Source: Parcubacteria group bacterium LiPW_30 | GTDB lineage: Bacteria; Patescibacteriota; Minisyncoccia; Phycocordibacterales; VMEP01 | Length of the DNA stretch: 64,000 nt | Assembly: GCA_007375595.1 (NCBI GenBank) | Contig: VMEP01000001.1 | Span: forward strand, 178,816 to 242,815 | Reading direction: 5' to 3' | Part shown: piece by piece, positions 54,305 to 64,000 of the stretch | Position numbering within the stretch: position 1 is the first letter of the stretch | Layout: each line of letters starts with the position of its first letter | The notes under the pieces: model-generated | What the model saw: only the letters and a program-made list of their open reading frames with translations | Database searches by the model: none | Told to the model about the DNA's origin: nothing | Made by a program: the position numbers and the translations under genes

Positions 54305-55537
54305 CTACTCAGTAGTCTCTTTTGTTAAATTTTCACCAACCTCAATCTCTTCTGGGGCACCGAATTCAGCTTTAGCGTCTTCTGTCATTTCGATAACGTC
54401 GCCGTCTGTTTTAAGGATTTCTTCCCCTTTAGGACTGACGATGTCTATTCTCCACCCAGTTAGTTTGTTGGCGAGGCGAACATTTTGGCCACCTTTACCA
54501 ATTGCAAGAGATAATTGGTCTTCTGAAACCTCAACACGAGCCTGTCTTTCTGTTTCATCAATAAGGACACTAGTTACTCTTGCTGGAGATAGTGCATCAG
54601 CAACAAAGCGCTTTGGATCCTCTGACCACTCAATAATATCTATTTTTTCACCGGATAGTTCTTGGATAACAGTTGAGACGCGAACTCCGCGTTGTCCGAC
54701 ACAGGCTCCGATTGGGTCAACATGCTGATCTGTAGAAGAAACAGCAATCTTTGAGCGAGAACCAGCTTCGCGGGCAACGGCTTTGATCAAAACAACGCCA
54801 TTTGCGATTTCTGGTGACTCTAACTTAAAGAGTTCTTCTATAAAACGAGGATGAGTACGAGATAATTTTATGTTTATACCGCGTGGGGTTTCTTCGACAG
54901 CATACAAATATGCGCGAATACGTTCACCGCGACGATAGAATTCACCAGGGATTTGCTCCTCCATTGGCAAAATAGCTGTTGTGCGTCCGAGATCTAGAAA
55001 CGCGTTTCCACGCTCCATTCTCTGAACGATTCCAGAGATGATTGTTCCTTGTTTGTCCGAGTATTCTTCTAGAACAGAGAATTTCTCAGCCTCTCTAATG
55101 CGCTGAATGATAACTTGCTTAGCGCTTTGGGCGGCGATTCGTCCATAATCATCTTTTGTTTCAAGTGGGAAAACTATTTCTTCGCCTAAAACAGCATCCT
55201 TTTTGATTTTTTTAGCATCTGCAAGAAAGATGTGGTGCTCTGGATTATAGCGCTCGCGGATGTCTTCAGCGTCTTTTAGTCTTTCTTCTTCTGAGGCGTC
55301 TTCTGGAATAGGATCTTTAACAGTTGTTTCGTCTGCGATTATTTTTACCTGGAGAAAATCAGTTGCTCCAGTATCTAGGTCAAAACGAGCACGAACAATC
55401 TGTCCTTTTTTACCGTAGTCACGGCGATAGGCGGCAGCGAGGGCTTGTTCAATAGCATCTATTATTTTCTCTCTTGGAATCTTACGCTCCTCTTCCAGTT
55501 GTTCAAGGGCGGATTTTAAAACTTTTAGGTCCATCAT
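54305..55537 (-). CDS. nusA: Transcription termination factor NusA
   Basis: GRIAAQSAKQVI, AREAGSRSKIAV, GACVGQRG, AIGKGGQNVRLA. Confidence 0.97.
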   Translation of the reverse strand: MMDLKVLKSALEQLEEERKIPREKIIDAIEQALAAAYRRDYGKKGQIVRARFDLDTGATDFLQVKIIADETTVKDPIPEDASEEERLKDAEDIRERYNPEHHIFLADAKKIKKDAVLGEEIVFPLETKDDYGRIAAQSAKQVIIQRIREAEKFSVLEEYSDKQGTIISGIVQRMERGNAFLDLGRTTAILPMEEQIPGEFYRRGERIRAYLYAVEETPRGINIKLSRTHPRFIEELFKLESPEIANGVVLIKAVAREAGSRSKIAVSSTDQHVDPIGACVGQRGVRVSTVIQELSGEKIDIIEWSEDPKRFVADALSPARVTSVLIDETERQARVEVSEDQLSLAIGKGGQNVRLANKLTGWRIDIVSPKGEEILKTDGDVIEMTEDAKAEFGAPEEIEVGENLTKETTE

Positions 55538-55690
55538 GTTGATAATTCTTAAATTTTTTGATAAAAAAATGCCCGTTTTTGACGGACTTGTTACTTGCCC
55601 CATGATACCAGGATTTTCAAAAAAAGCAAGTAGGTTGTATAATCTGCCACAGTTTTAAGTAAGACCACTTTTTAGTTAGACGGAGGACAG

Positions 55691-56044
55691 ATGGGAAAGT
55701 TCTTTTGTTTTTTTATAGGGCTACTTGCGACAGCTTCTTCGTTTGCTTTGCCGCCCTGGACTGGTGTTGAGGGGCCAGACGGTAATGTCGGCAAAATACC
55801 GTTTTCCACTAAACCAAGCACAGCCATAGTTTCTCTTGGTGAGTGGGACTGTGTTTTAAGGAGGGACGGAGAGGGTAAAATTAGGATGTTTTGTGTCCAT
55901 GCCACAGAGGGTACGAGAGAGTTTGTTGGCAGGGAGTATTTGATTAACCGATGTCCGGATAGTCCCGCATACATAAAATGGAAGAACGGCAACACGATTG
56001 ATCCGGAATACTTCCTTTACTTGTACAAGGAAAAATGTAGGTAA
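55691..56044 (+). CDS. Small secreted orphan protein
   Basis: GGAGG SD, signal peptide, downstream hairpin. Confidence 0.6.
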   Translation: MGKFFCFFIGLLATASSFALPPWTGVEGPDGNVGKIPFSTKPSTAIVSLGEWDCVLRRDGEGKIRMFCVHATEGTREFVGREYLINRCPDSPAYIKWKNGNTIDPEYFLYLYKEKCR

Positions 56045-56191
56045 ATTGACCCCGAGATTACAATTCCTTTTGGAATTGATTCGGGGTTTATTTTTTTGGC
56101 TAACATCAAATATAAAAAGAAATTTTGTGATTTAACAATAAGACACACACATTTTTATTAAATCCTGTTATAATTTAATTAACAGACTCCA

Positions 56192-57943
56192 ATGATCCTT
56201 GATGAGACACAATTAAAAAAGTTTATTCTAGATTCAGGCCTTGTTTCGCGTGGGGACATGGAGACTATCGAGAAAAAAAATAAGAAAAAAAATCAAACAC
56301 TTAGTGAAATACTTTTGTCTGAAGGAAAAATTTCAGAAAATGATTTAAAGAGAACAGAAGCCTATCTTCTTGGAATACCATACATAAGTTTGAAGGGAGA
56401 GAAAATCGAATTTTCGGTTCTTTCTTTAATTCCAGAACCGATTGCAAGACATCACAACATTGTTTCCTATAGAAAAACAGCAACTGAACTTGAGGTTGCA
56501 ATGCTTGATGCTGACGACTTAGAGGCAATTGAATTTATTAAGAAAAAAACCGGTCTCAAGATTCTACCCCGTCTAACAGACACAGACTCTATTAAAGGAG
56601 TGCTTTTGCAATATCAAAAAAGCCTTAAGGCTGAATTTGATGACATCATCCAAAAAGAAGCAAGTTCGCTTAAGCTTGTAGCGGAAGACGGTGGAGAAGA
56701 AATATCAGAGAAGGAATTAAAAAAACTTGCCGAGGATTTACCCGTTGTGCGTATTGTGGACACGCTTTTGAACCACGCGATTATTCAAGATGCTTCAGAC
56801 ATACACATAGAACCACAAGACGGACAGCTTTTAGTTAGATATCGCGTTGATGGAATTTTACGAGACGCTATGGTTTTACCAAAAACGGCTGGCCCTGGAA
56901 TTGTTGCGCGCATAAAAGTTCTTTCAAACTTAAAGTTAGACGAAAAACGTCTTCCTCAGGATGGAAGATTTAAAATAAATTTAAGTGATCAAAATGTTTC
57001 TTTTCGTGTTTCAACTCTACCGACGTATTTTGGAGAAAAAACCGTTATGCGTCTTTTGAAAGAATCGGTTTCTGGTTTCACTCTTGAAGGATTGGGTTTT
57101 CATGGGGAAGGGCTTGAGCGAGTTCATTCATCAACAAGACAAACAGTTGGAATGATTTTGGCAACCGGCCCGACTGGTTCTGGAAAAACCACAACTCTTT
57201 ATACAATTTTGGATATTGTTAATACTCCAGATGTAAACATTTCAACAATCGAAGATCCTATTGAATACCAAATGAAACGCATTAACCAAACGCAAGTTAA
57301 GCCGGAAATTGGTCTTACTTTTGCAAACGGTTTACGCTCTCTCGTTCGTCAGGATCCAGATATTATTATGGTTGGTGAAATTCGCGATAATGAAACAGCC
57401 TCCCTTGCAATTAACGCCGCCTTAACTGGACACCTTGTACTTTCAACTCTTCATACAAACTCTGCGGCGGGGGCCATCCCACGTTTACTTGAAATGGGAG
57501 CAGAGCCGTTTCTTTTAACATCAACTCTTGATATTGTTTTGGCCCAACGCCTGGTCCGAAGACTTTGTAATCAAAAAGAAAAATATGTTCTTTCTGATTT
57601 GGAATTACGCAATTTAGGTAAGCTTGTTGATCTTGAGCGTATGCTTAAGTTTTTGCGCGAAGAAAAAATTGTTGGGCCAAAAGACGGGTGGGATAAAATT
57701 CCATTTTATAAACCAATGAAGTCGGCAGAATGTGAAGAAGGATATAAGGGTCGAATTGGAATACACGAAGTTCTTAAGGTAACACCAACAATAAAAGAAC
57801 TTATTTTAAAGGGTGCGACTTCGGATGAAGTAGAAGCTCAGGCAAAAAAAGAAGGAATGATGACGATGCTTGAAGACGGAATATTTTTTGCCGCCCAAGG
57901 CGTTACAACAATAGAGGAGGTCTTGCGTGTGGTTTCAGAATAA
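56192..57943 (+). CDS. pilB: Type IV pilus assembly ATPase PilB
   Basis: ASDIHIEP, GPTGSGKTT, RQDPDIIMVGEIRD; first gene of the pilus operon. Confidence 0.9.
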   Translation: MILDETQLKKFILDSGLVSRGDMETIEKKNKKKNQTLSEILLSEGKISENDLKRTEAYLLGIPYISLKGEKIEFSVLSLIPEPIARHHNIVSYRKTATELEVAMLDADDLEAIEFIKKKTGLKILPRLTDTDSIKGVLLQYQKSLKAEFDDIIQKEASSLKLVAEDGGEEISEKELKKLAEDLPVVRIVDTLLNHAIIQDASDIHIEPQDGQLLVRYRVDGILRDAMVLPKTAGPGIVARIKVLSNLKLDEKRLPQDGRFKINLSDQNVSFRVSTLPTYFGEKTVMRLLKESVSGFTLEGLGFHGEGLERVHSSTRQTVGMILATGPTGSGKTTTLYTILDIVNTPDVNISTIEDPIEYQMKRINQTQVKPEIGLTFANGLRSLVRQDPDIIMVGEIRDNETASLAINAALTGHLVLSTLHTNSAAGAIPRLLEMGAEPFLLTSTLDIVLAQRLVRRLCNQKEKYVLSDLELRNLGKLVDLERMLKFLREEKIVGPKDGWDKIPFYKPMKSAECEEGYKGRIGIHEVLKVTPTIKELILKGATSDEVEAQAKKEGMMTMLEDGIFFAAQGVTTIEEVLRVVSE

Positions 57944-57947
57944 CAAA

Positions 57948-59162
57948 ATGAGATTTTTTTATAAAGCAAAAACCGAAATTGGGATTATCGAGAGCGGTTA
58001 TTTGGAAGTGTCCGACCAAACTGAACTTGAAAACATTCTTCGTGAAAAAAAACAGACGCTAGTTTTTTTTAAGGAAGAAAAAAAGTTAGCATTTTTCGAC
58101 GTTACCGCGATTAACAATATGTTTGTGTGGGTAAAACTTCACGACAAAATTATTTTTACAAGAAATCTTTCAGTAATGCTTTCCGCTGGACTTCCGCTTT
58201 CTCGATCACTTAGTATTTTAGAGAAACAAACAAAAAATTTTAAATTCAAAATAGCCTTGGCTAGTTTGATTGAGGATATAAACGCCGGGATGGGATTAAG
58301 TGATGGGATGAAAAAATTTCCAGCGATTTTTTCAAACCTTTTCGTCTCAATGGTTAAGGCTGGCGAAGAGTCTGGTAGTTTGCCACAATCTTTACGCGCG
58401 GTAGGGGAGCAGCTTGAGCGTACGTATACCATAAATAGGAAAGTGAGGGGGGCGCTCACTTATCCAGCGATAATTTTGTCGGCAGTTTTTGGAATCGGTA
58501 TTTTAATGCTTATTTATGTTGTGCCAACACTAACAAAAACATTTGCCGATTTACATGTTGAGTTGCCAACAAGTACAAAATTCATAATCAATACAAGTTC
58601 TTTCCTCGTTAACCACACTGCCCTTGTTATAATTGGATTGATATTTTTTGTTTTTCTATCTTATCTTGGAATAAAAACACAAAGAGGGCAGGTATTTATT
58701 AGTTTTGTTTCGATGCATTTTCCTGTAATTAGTAAAATTGTTCAGGAATTTAATTCAGCACGCGCCACAAGAACGCTTTCCGCTCTTTTTACTGCCGGTG
58801 TTCCTGTTCAGCATGCGATTTCAATTTCCGCCGATGTTATGCAAAACGTTTACTTTAAAAAAGTTCTTATTGAGGCAGGGGAAAAAATAGAAAAAGGCTC
58901 GACACTATCTTCTGTTTTTAAAGATCATTCAGACTTATATCCCGTTATTGTCGGTGAGATGATTGAAGTTGGAGAGGAGACAGGGAAGCTTGCAGAAATG
59001 TTGATGAATATTGCCGTTTTTTACGAAGAAGAAGTTGAGGCTGCGACAAAAGACCTCTCTACTATAATTGAACCACTTCTTATGATTGTGATTGGCGCGG
59101 CGGTCGGATTTTTCGCGGTATCAATGATTTCTCCAATGTATTCTGTTATGTCGGGAATTTAA
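57948..59162 (+). CDS. pilC: Type IV pilus platform protein PilC/GspF
   Basis: GEESGSL, ALTYP, GEETGKL, IIEPLLMI. Confidence 0.92.
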   Translation: MRFFYKAKTEIGIIESGYLEVSDQTELENILREKKQTLVFFKEEKKLAFFDVTAINNMFVWVKLHDKIIFTRNLSVMLSAGLPLSRSLSILEKQTKNFKFKIALASLIEDINAGMGLSDGMKKFPAIFSNLFVSMVKAGEESGSLPQSLRAVGEQLERTYTINRKVRGALTYPAIILSAVFGIGILMLIYVVPTLTKTFADLHVELPTSTKFIINTSSFLVNHTALVIIGLIFFVFLSYLGIKTQRGQVFISFVSMHFPVISKIVQEFNSARATRTLSALFTAGVPVQHAISISADVMQNVYFKKVLIEAGEKIEKGSTLSSVFKDHSDLYPVIVGEMIEVGEETGKLAEMLMNIAVFYEEEVEAATKDLSTIIEPLLMIVIGAAVGFFAVSMISPMYSVMSGI

Positions 59163-59204
59163 AGTGTGTGGTTAAGGCAAGGGTTGTACTTTTAATTTAC
59201 CAAG

Positions 59205-59705
59205 ATGAAAATATTTACAATACAAAAAAATAAGAAGAGCATGTTGAATATAAAGCAAGGTTTTACTTTAATCGAGCTTCTTGTTGTTATCGCCATAATG
59301 GCGCTTCTTGGGAGTATTTTGTGGGGTGGTCTATCTAGTTACCGAGATGTGCAGGCACTTGAAAGCGCGACAGACGTTGTTGTTGCAACATTGGGGGAGG
59401 CGCGTTCGCGGGCTACTTCCTCTGTTGGAAATAAACAATACGGCGTGCATTTCACAGAAAATAGTGTGACTCAATTCGAAGGAACTCAATATGTGAGCTC
59501 AAGCCCAAGTAATATTGTGACAAATTTAAATGGAGCAGTTTCGCTGTCGTTTGGTGGACTTACGGCATCATCAAGTGAAATTGTTTTTGAAAAATTTTCT
59601 GGAAGAGGGAGCGCCTCTGGCCAGGTAGTAATATTTTTACGAGGAAATCCCGCAAAGAATTTCACGGTTGTTATGGAACCAACCGGTATCGCGTATCGCA
59701 AATAA
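59205..59705 (+). CDS. Prepilin (FimT/GspH-like)
   Basis: QG|FTLIELLVVIAI type III signal. Confidence 0.9.
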   Translation: MKIFTIQKNKKSMLNIKQGFTLIELLVVIAIMALLGSILWGGLSSYRDVQALESATDVVVATLGEARSRATSSVGNKQYGVHFTENSVTQFEGTQYVSSSPSNIVTNLNGAVSLSFGGLTASSSEIVFEKFSGRGSASGQVVIFLRGNPAKNFTVVMEPTGIAYRK

Positions 59706-59709
59706 TTAA

Positions 59710-60204
59710 ATGATGAAAAATTTAAAAAAAACATGTCACGACAAAAATGGCTTCGGTTTGATTGAAGTGGTGATTGGGGTCGCCATAATCTCTATATCGT
59801 TGTTTGCAATCATGTCTTCGGCGAGAGGAGCGGTTGATTTAAACCGTCGCGCCATTTCTGAAATAAAAGGAAAGTTAATTTTAGAAGAAGGAAGTGAAGT
59901 AGTCCGTTTTATGAGAGACAGTGCCTGGAGCAACGTAAGTTCTCTCTCGACATCAACAACTTATTATTTAGCAACCACAACAACTGGGTGGATAGCAACA
60001 ACGACGCAGAACAAAATCGATGGATCTTTCTTGCGCCGGATTGTAGTAAGCGATGTTTTTCGCGGAGCAGGGGATAAAATTTCTGAAAGTGGAGTTTATG
60101 ATAGCGGGACAAAAAAATTCACCATTACTGTTTTCTATGAAGGTCGTTTTGGCACTACTACCAAGCAAACAGTATTTTATTTGAGTGATATTTTTGATAA
60201 CTAA
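59710..60204 (+). CDS. Minor pilin (PilV-like)
   Basis: NG|FGLIEVVIGVAII. Confidence 0.85.
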   Translation: MMKNLKKTCHDKNGFGLIEVVIGVAIISISLFAIMSSARGAVDLNRRAISEIKGKLILEEGSEVVRFMRDSAWSNVSSLSTSTTYYLATTTTGWIATTTQNKIDGSFLRRIVVSDVFRGAGDKISESGVYDSGTKKFTITVFYEGRFGTTTKQTVFYLSDIFDN

Positions 60205-60214
60205 AATTTCTTTT

Positions 60215-60730
60215 ATGAAAAAAGAAAATAAGAATAAAAATAGTGGTTACACATTAGCAGAGATGCTTGGTTACCTTTTTGCTCTTAGTCTAATTTCAGT
60301 TTTAGTTGTAAATTCACTTCTTACCCTTTCCAAGGCTTTTATTTCAATGAAAACATCCCGTGCTGTTGGTACAAGCGCAGTCGTTTCTTTTGATCAGATG
60401 GTGAAGGAAATTAGAAGCGCAAAGAGCATTGCTCTTTCTAGTGTTTTGAAAACAAACCCCGGAAAACTTGTTTTGACGATGCCCGCAGGTTCACCGACAA
60501 CAACAGTAGAGTTTTCTTTGGGGAATTCAAATTCACTTCATAAATTTGAGAATGGGATAGATCAAGGTGTCTTAACAGCAACAGGGACAGAGGTTTCTCG
60601 CCTTGTTTTTAGAGCTGCAACAACAACAAAAAGTACGGCGGTCTCTATTGAGATGACTATAAAAGATAGTACAGGTAGGACTTCAACAGAAGAGAAGTTT
60701 TTTTCGACAGCAACGATGAGAACCTACTGA
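60215..60730 (+). CDS. Minor pilin (PilW-like)
   Basis: SG|YTLAEMLGY; ends in TGA. Confidence 0.82.
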   Translation: MKKENKNKNSGYTLAEMLGYLFALSLISVLVVNSLLTLSKAFISMKTSRAVGTSAVVSFDQMVKEIRSAKSIALSSVLKTNPGKLVLTMPAGSPTTTVEFSLGNSNSLHKFENGIDQGVLTATGTEVSRLVFRAATTTKSTAVSIEMTIKDSTGRTSTEEKFFSTATMRTY

Positions 60731-60749
60731 TTAATGGTAAAATTAAAAA

Positions 60750-62120
60750 ATGAAAAAAAGAGTTAACTTTAACGATCAGGGTGGGCAGGCAGTTCTTACG
60801 GTTGTAGTTTTTCTACTTTCAATCGGAATGTCTATTGTTTATGGAGTTGTTTCCCCAACATTAAAACAATCAGCTGTTGCTGAGAATTTTATACAATCAA
60901 GCCAGAGTTATGCGACTTCAGAATCTGGAATTGAGGATGTTATTTATAGACTAAAGAGAGGAATGCAGGTTGGAGAAACTGAAGTTCTTTCCGTTGCAAA
61001 CTCTATCGCAACAACAACAATTACCCCAGTTGGTAACAATGAAAAATCAATCACTTCTTCTGGCAACAGTTTAAATAGAGTGCGTAACACTAACGCCAAC
61101 CTTGTTACTAAAAATGGAGTTACTTTTACTTACGGAGTACAGGCTGGAAATGGAGGATTTTTTATAGAAAATAATAGTAAGGTTGTTGGAAATATTTATT
61201 CAAACGGGCCTGTTTTTGGTCAAAATCTCAATCTTGTTAAAGGTGATGTTGTTTCCGCTGGTTTTTATGGAATCATCAGTGGTGTTCACGCAACAGGTAC
61301 TGCATATGCTCATATAATTAATAATTCCACGATAGATAAAGATGCTTATTATAGCTCGTCTTTTAACGCAACAGTTCTCGGAACGAGACATCCCGGTAGT
61401 CAAGACCAACCAAGTGTATCTCTTCCGATTCCAGACACTACTATTTCTGCTTGGGAGCAGGAGGCACTTTCTGGTGGCACCATTAGTTACCCATGCCCCT
61501 ACGTTATAACAGGAAATAAAACACTTGGTCCGGTGAAAATTACTTGCAACCTTACTATTTCTGGAAGTGCGATTGTGACGCTTAACGGTCCGGTGTGGGT
61601 TTCTGGTGACATAAGAATTAGGAATAACCCAGTCATTAAGGTTTCATCAGTGCTTGGCTCTAAGAGTGTGGCGGTAATCGCTGATAATCCATATCATCGA
61701 CACCACGATGATTGGCATGACGATAGTAATTATGGAGAGAGTCAGATTTCTATTGAAAATTCGCCGACATTTCAAGGTTCAGGGAATACTGGTTCTTATA
61801 TATTAATGATTTCTCAAAATAACGACGCAGAATTAAGTTACTACAATTGGTGGTCTGATTGGTGGGGAAATGAATGGCATAGCTGGTGGAGTGCGCCAGC
61901 AATTAATGTTGCCAACAGTGCGAATGGGGCAGTTCTTTTTTATGCTGGACACGGGGAAGTGCTACTTGAAGATAACGTTAGTGTAAAAGAAGTGACAGCC
62001 TATAGAGTTCGTTTAAAAAACTCAGCTCAAGTTACTTACGAAACAGGGCTATCCTCACTTCTTTTTTCTAGTGGACCATCTGGCTCGTGGACAGTTAATG
62101 GATGGGGGGAGGCTAGGTAG
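60750..62120 (+). CDS. PilX-like minor pilin with large beta-rich C-terminal domain
   Basis: GG|QAVLTVVVFL, SYATSESGIEDVIYRL, repeated V-G-x-I-x-S-N-G strands. Confidence 0.8.
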   Translation: MKKRVNFNDQGGQAVLTVVVFLLSIGMSIVYGVVSPTLKQSAVAENFIQSSQSYATSESGIEDVIYRLKRGMQVGETEVLSVANSIATTTITPVGNNEKSITSSGNSLNRVRNTNANLVTKNGVTFTYGVQAGNGGFFIENNSKVVGNIYSNGPVFGQNLNLVKGDVVSAGFYGIISGVHATGTAYAHIINNSTIDKDAYYSSSFNATVLGTRHPGSQDQPSVSLPIPDTTISAWEQEALSGGTISYPCPYVITGNKTLGPVKITCNLTISGSAIVTLNGPVWVSGDIRIRNNPVIKVSSVLGSKSVAVIADNPYHRHHDDWHDDSNYGESQISIENSPTFQGSGNTGSYILMISQNNDAELSYYNWWSDWWGNEWHSWWSAPAINVANSANGAVLFYAGHGEVLLEDNVSVKEVTAYRVRLKNSAQVTYETGLSSLLFSSGPSGSWTVNGWGEAR

Positions 62121-62162
62121 AAATATTTTTGATGAGTAACACCGTGTGTTACAATCAAACAA

Positions 62163-62936
62163 ATGAAAAAGATTGTTATTGGTAATTGGAAGATGAATCC
62201 AGAGAAAGTTGATGAGGCAAAAAAAATTGCTAGCGGAATTGTCAAAGTTTGTAAAAATTTAAAAAAAACAGAAGTTGTTATTTGCCCACCAACACTTTTC
62301 ATCTCAGCGATAGCGGAAACACTACAAAAAACAAAAATCTCTATTGGTGCACAGGATGCTTTTTATGAACCAAAAGGCGCTTACACCGGCTCTGTATCGG
62401 TCGCTATGCTAAAGAGAATCGGGGTTAAATATATTATTTTGGGGCATTCTGAAAGAAGAGAGCTTGGAGAAACAGATGAGCTCGTCAATAAGAAGTTAAA
62501 AGTTTGCTTGAAAAATAAAGTAACACCAGTTGTTTGTGTTGGAGAGAAAGTTCGAGATGCACACGGATATTATCTAGCTTTTATAAAAAAAGAGATTGAA
62601 CATTCATTAGCTGGGGTTAAAAGAAAAGATTTGAAGGATGTGGTTATTGCCTATGAGCCAGTGTGGGCGGTTGGGAGTAAGGCGCTTAAGGCAATTGAAG
62701 CGAGCGACCTTTCGGAAATGGTGATTTATATAAAGCGCACACTTACCGATTTGTTTGGGCCTGCTGCCGCGCAATCGGTTAGAATTTTGTATGGTGGTTC
62801 GGTTAATAAAGAAAATGCCGGAGAGTTTTTTAACGGAAGTGGTTTAAGTGGTTTGCTCGTTGGTCGCGATAGTCTTGATGTAAAAAAGTTTGGGGACATA
62901 GTTTTACTTACCGAAGAAGTTGCTTCTATAAAATAA
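62163..62936 (+). CDS. tpiA: Triosephosphate isomerase
   Basis: IGNWKMN, LGHSERR, AYEPVWAVG, LYGGSV. Confidence 0.97.
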   Translation: MKKIVIGNWKMNPEKVDEAKKIASGIVKVCKNLKKTEVVICPPTLFISAIAETLQKTKISIGAQDAFYEPKGAYTGSVSVAMLKRIGVKYIILGHSERRELGETDELVNKKLKVCLKNKVTPVVCVGEKVRDAHGYYLAFIKKEIEHSLAGVKRKDLKDVVIAYEPVWAVGSKALKAIEASDLSEMVIYIKRTLTDLFGPAAAQSVRILYGGSVNKENAGEFFNGSGLSGLLVGRDSLDVKKFGDIVLLTEEVASIK

Positions 62937-62940
62937 GGAC

Positions 62941-64000
62941 ATGAAGTTATCGACAATTCCTAAAAACTTAAAGTTAAAAGGACGACGAGTTTTAATTCGC
63001 TTAGATTTGAACGAGCCAATTGAGAACGGAAAGGTTGTTAATGATTTTCGAATAAGAAGAATTATTCCAACTTTACAGTTTTTGGTTAAGAATGGCGCCA
63101 AGATTGTCGTCATTAGTCATCGTGGAGAAAAAGAAGATTCACTAAAACCAATCGCACTTTATTTAAATAAATTTATTAAAGTCGGTTTTGTTCCAGATGT
63201 TTGTGGTAGTGTTGCAAGTGATTCTATAAAAATGATGGCTGACGGAAGTATTATTATTTTAGAAAATCTAAGAAAAGAAAAAGGAGAAGAGAAAAACGGT
63301 CTTAATTTTGCAAAAAAGTTAGCTAAATTTGCTGATATTTATATAAACGAAGCATTTTCCGTTTCTCATAGAAAACACGCTTCTATTGTTTTGCTACCGA
63401 AACTTTTACCTTCATATGCGGGTTTCCTTTTTACTGAGGAAGTCACAGCTCTTTCTCGTGTGATTAAACCAAAGCAACCACTTTTGATGATTATGGGTGG
63501 CGCAAAATCGGAAACTAAATTACCACTTATAAAAAAATATTTACCAAAAGCATCAAGTATTTTTGTTGGTGGAGCGCTTGCAAACAGTTTTTTAAAGGAG
63601 GATGGTTATGAGATAGGAAAATCTCTCGCGGATAAAAATACAAAAGCATTGAGTCCTCTTTTGAAAAACAAAAAAGTATTTTTACCAGTTGATGTCGTGG
63701 TAAGAAACGGGGAAGTTAAGTGGATAGACGAAGTTTTAAAAAGTGAATGCATTGTTGATAATGGACCAGAATCGATTTTTATTTTAGAAAACATGATTGG
63801 AAAAGCAAAGACAGTTATTGTTAACGGCCCACTTGGTATTTATCAAGACGGGTTTGGGGTTGGTACTGAAAAACTTTTAAAGATACTAGCGAAATCAAAT
63901 TGTGATGTGTTTATTGGTGGCGGAGATACTGTTGCTTTAGTTTCTAAATTAAAGCTTGAGAAAAAGTTTTCATTTGTCTCAACGGGTGGTGGAGCGATGC
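62941..64000 (+). CDS. pgk: Phosphoglycerate kinase (truncated at window edge)
   Basis: Hand translation: RVLIRLDLNEP, LENLR, INEAFSVSHRKHAS, GGAK, GGGDT, STGGGAM. Confidence 0.95.
   Translation, partial: MKLSTIPKNLKLKGRRVLIRLDLNEPIENGKVVNDFRIRRIIPTLQFLVKNGAKIVVISHRGEKEDSLKPIALYLNKFIKVGFVPDVCGSVASDSIKMMADGSIIILENLRKEKGEEKNGLNFAKKLAKFADIYINEAFSVSHRKHASIVLLPKLLPSYAGFLFTEEVTALSRVIKPKQPLLMIMGGAKSETKLPLIKKYLPKASSIFVGGALANSFLKEDGYEIGKSLADKNTKALSPLLKNKKVFLPVDVVVRNGEVKWIDEVLKSECIVDNGPESIFILENMIGKAKTVIVNGPLGIYQDGFGVGTEKLLKILAKSNCDVFIGGGDTVALVSKLKLEKKFSFVSTGGGAM

Noticed and set aside
56242-56257. parS-like TGTTTCGCGTGGGGAC in pilB
   Set aside because: Right half-site too degenerate and isolated from the cluster
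60728-60730. Alternative genetic code 25 (TGA=Gly, Gracilibacteria/Absconditabacteria)
   Set aside because: Conserved genes translate full-length under code 11 and TGA appears as a plausible stop
1180-63794. Numerous short antisense or overlapping ORFs in the track (e.g. 1180-1737, 23872-24366, 40983-41513, 51299-51787, 54249-54728)
   Set aside because: Shadows of well-supported genes on the opposite strand or frame

Overview
This is an origin-proximal chromosomal window from a low-GC, small-genome bacterium, very likely Patescibacteria/CPR (Parcubacteria-like). The lineage is inferred from gene content and shortened YebC/trigger factor; a TGA stop fits code 11. It contains the dnaA-dnaN/oriC region with rpmH-rnpA-yidD-yidC-jag, ruvB/yebC/ruvC, tyrS, a PBP1A, a CPR-type T4SS-like cluster (VirB4, PrgI, VirB6-like, pilin), pcrA, comM, pnp/rpsO, a Xer recombinase, xth, cca, four tRNA genes, HU, rny, clpP, tig, nusA, a type IV pilus operon, tpiA and pgk. 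The most striking unexplained signal is a family of small, highly structured non-coding inserts. Every tRNA gene is followed by a conserved core (GA[A/T]TCGAAAGCCGGAGC..GCGAGGCGGG..GTGACC) flanked by inverted and/or direct copies of that same tRNA's 3' end, starting in the T-loop. The same GGA/GA hairpin module recurs in intergenic elements elsewhere. Also notable are a cluster of parS-like sites inside cca, a 6S-like RNA upstream of rny, an unlisted 50-aa acidic protein and GC-rich foreign lipoprotein genes. All calls are by eye, and no database searches were run.
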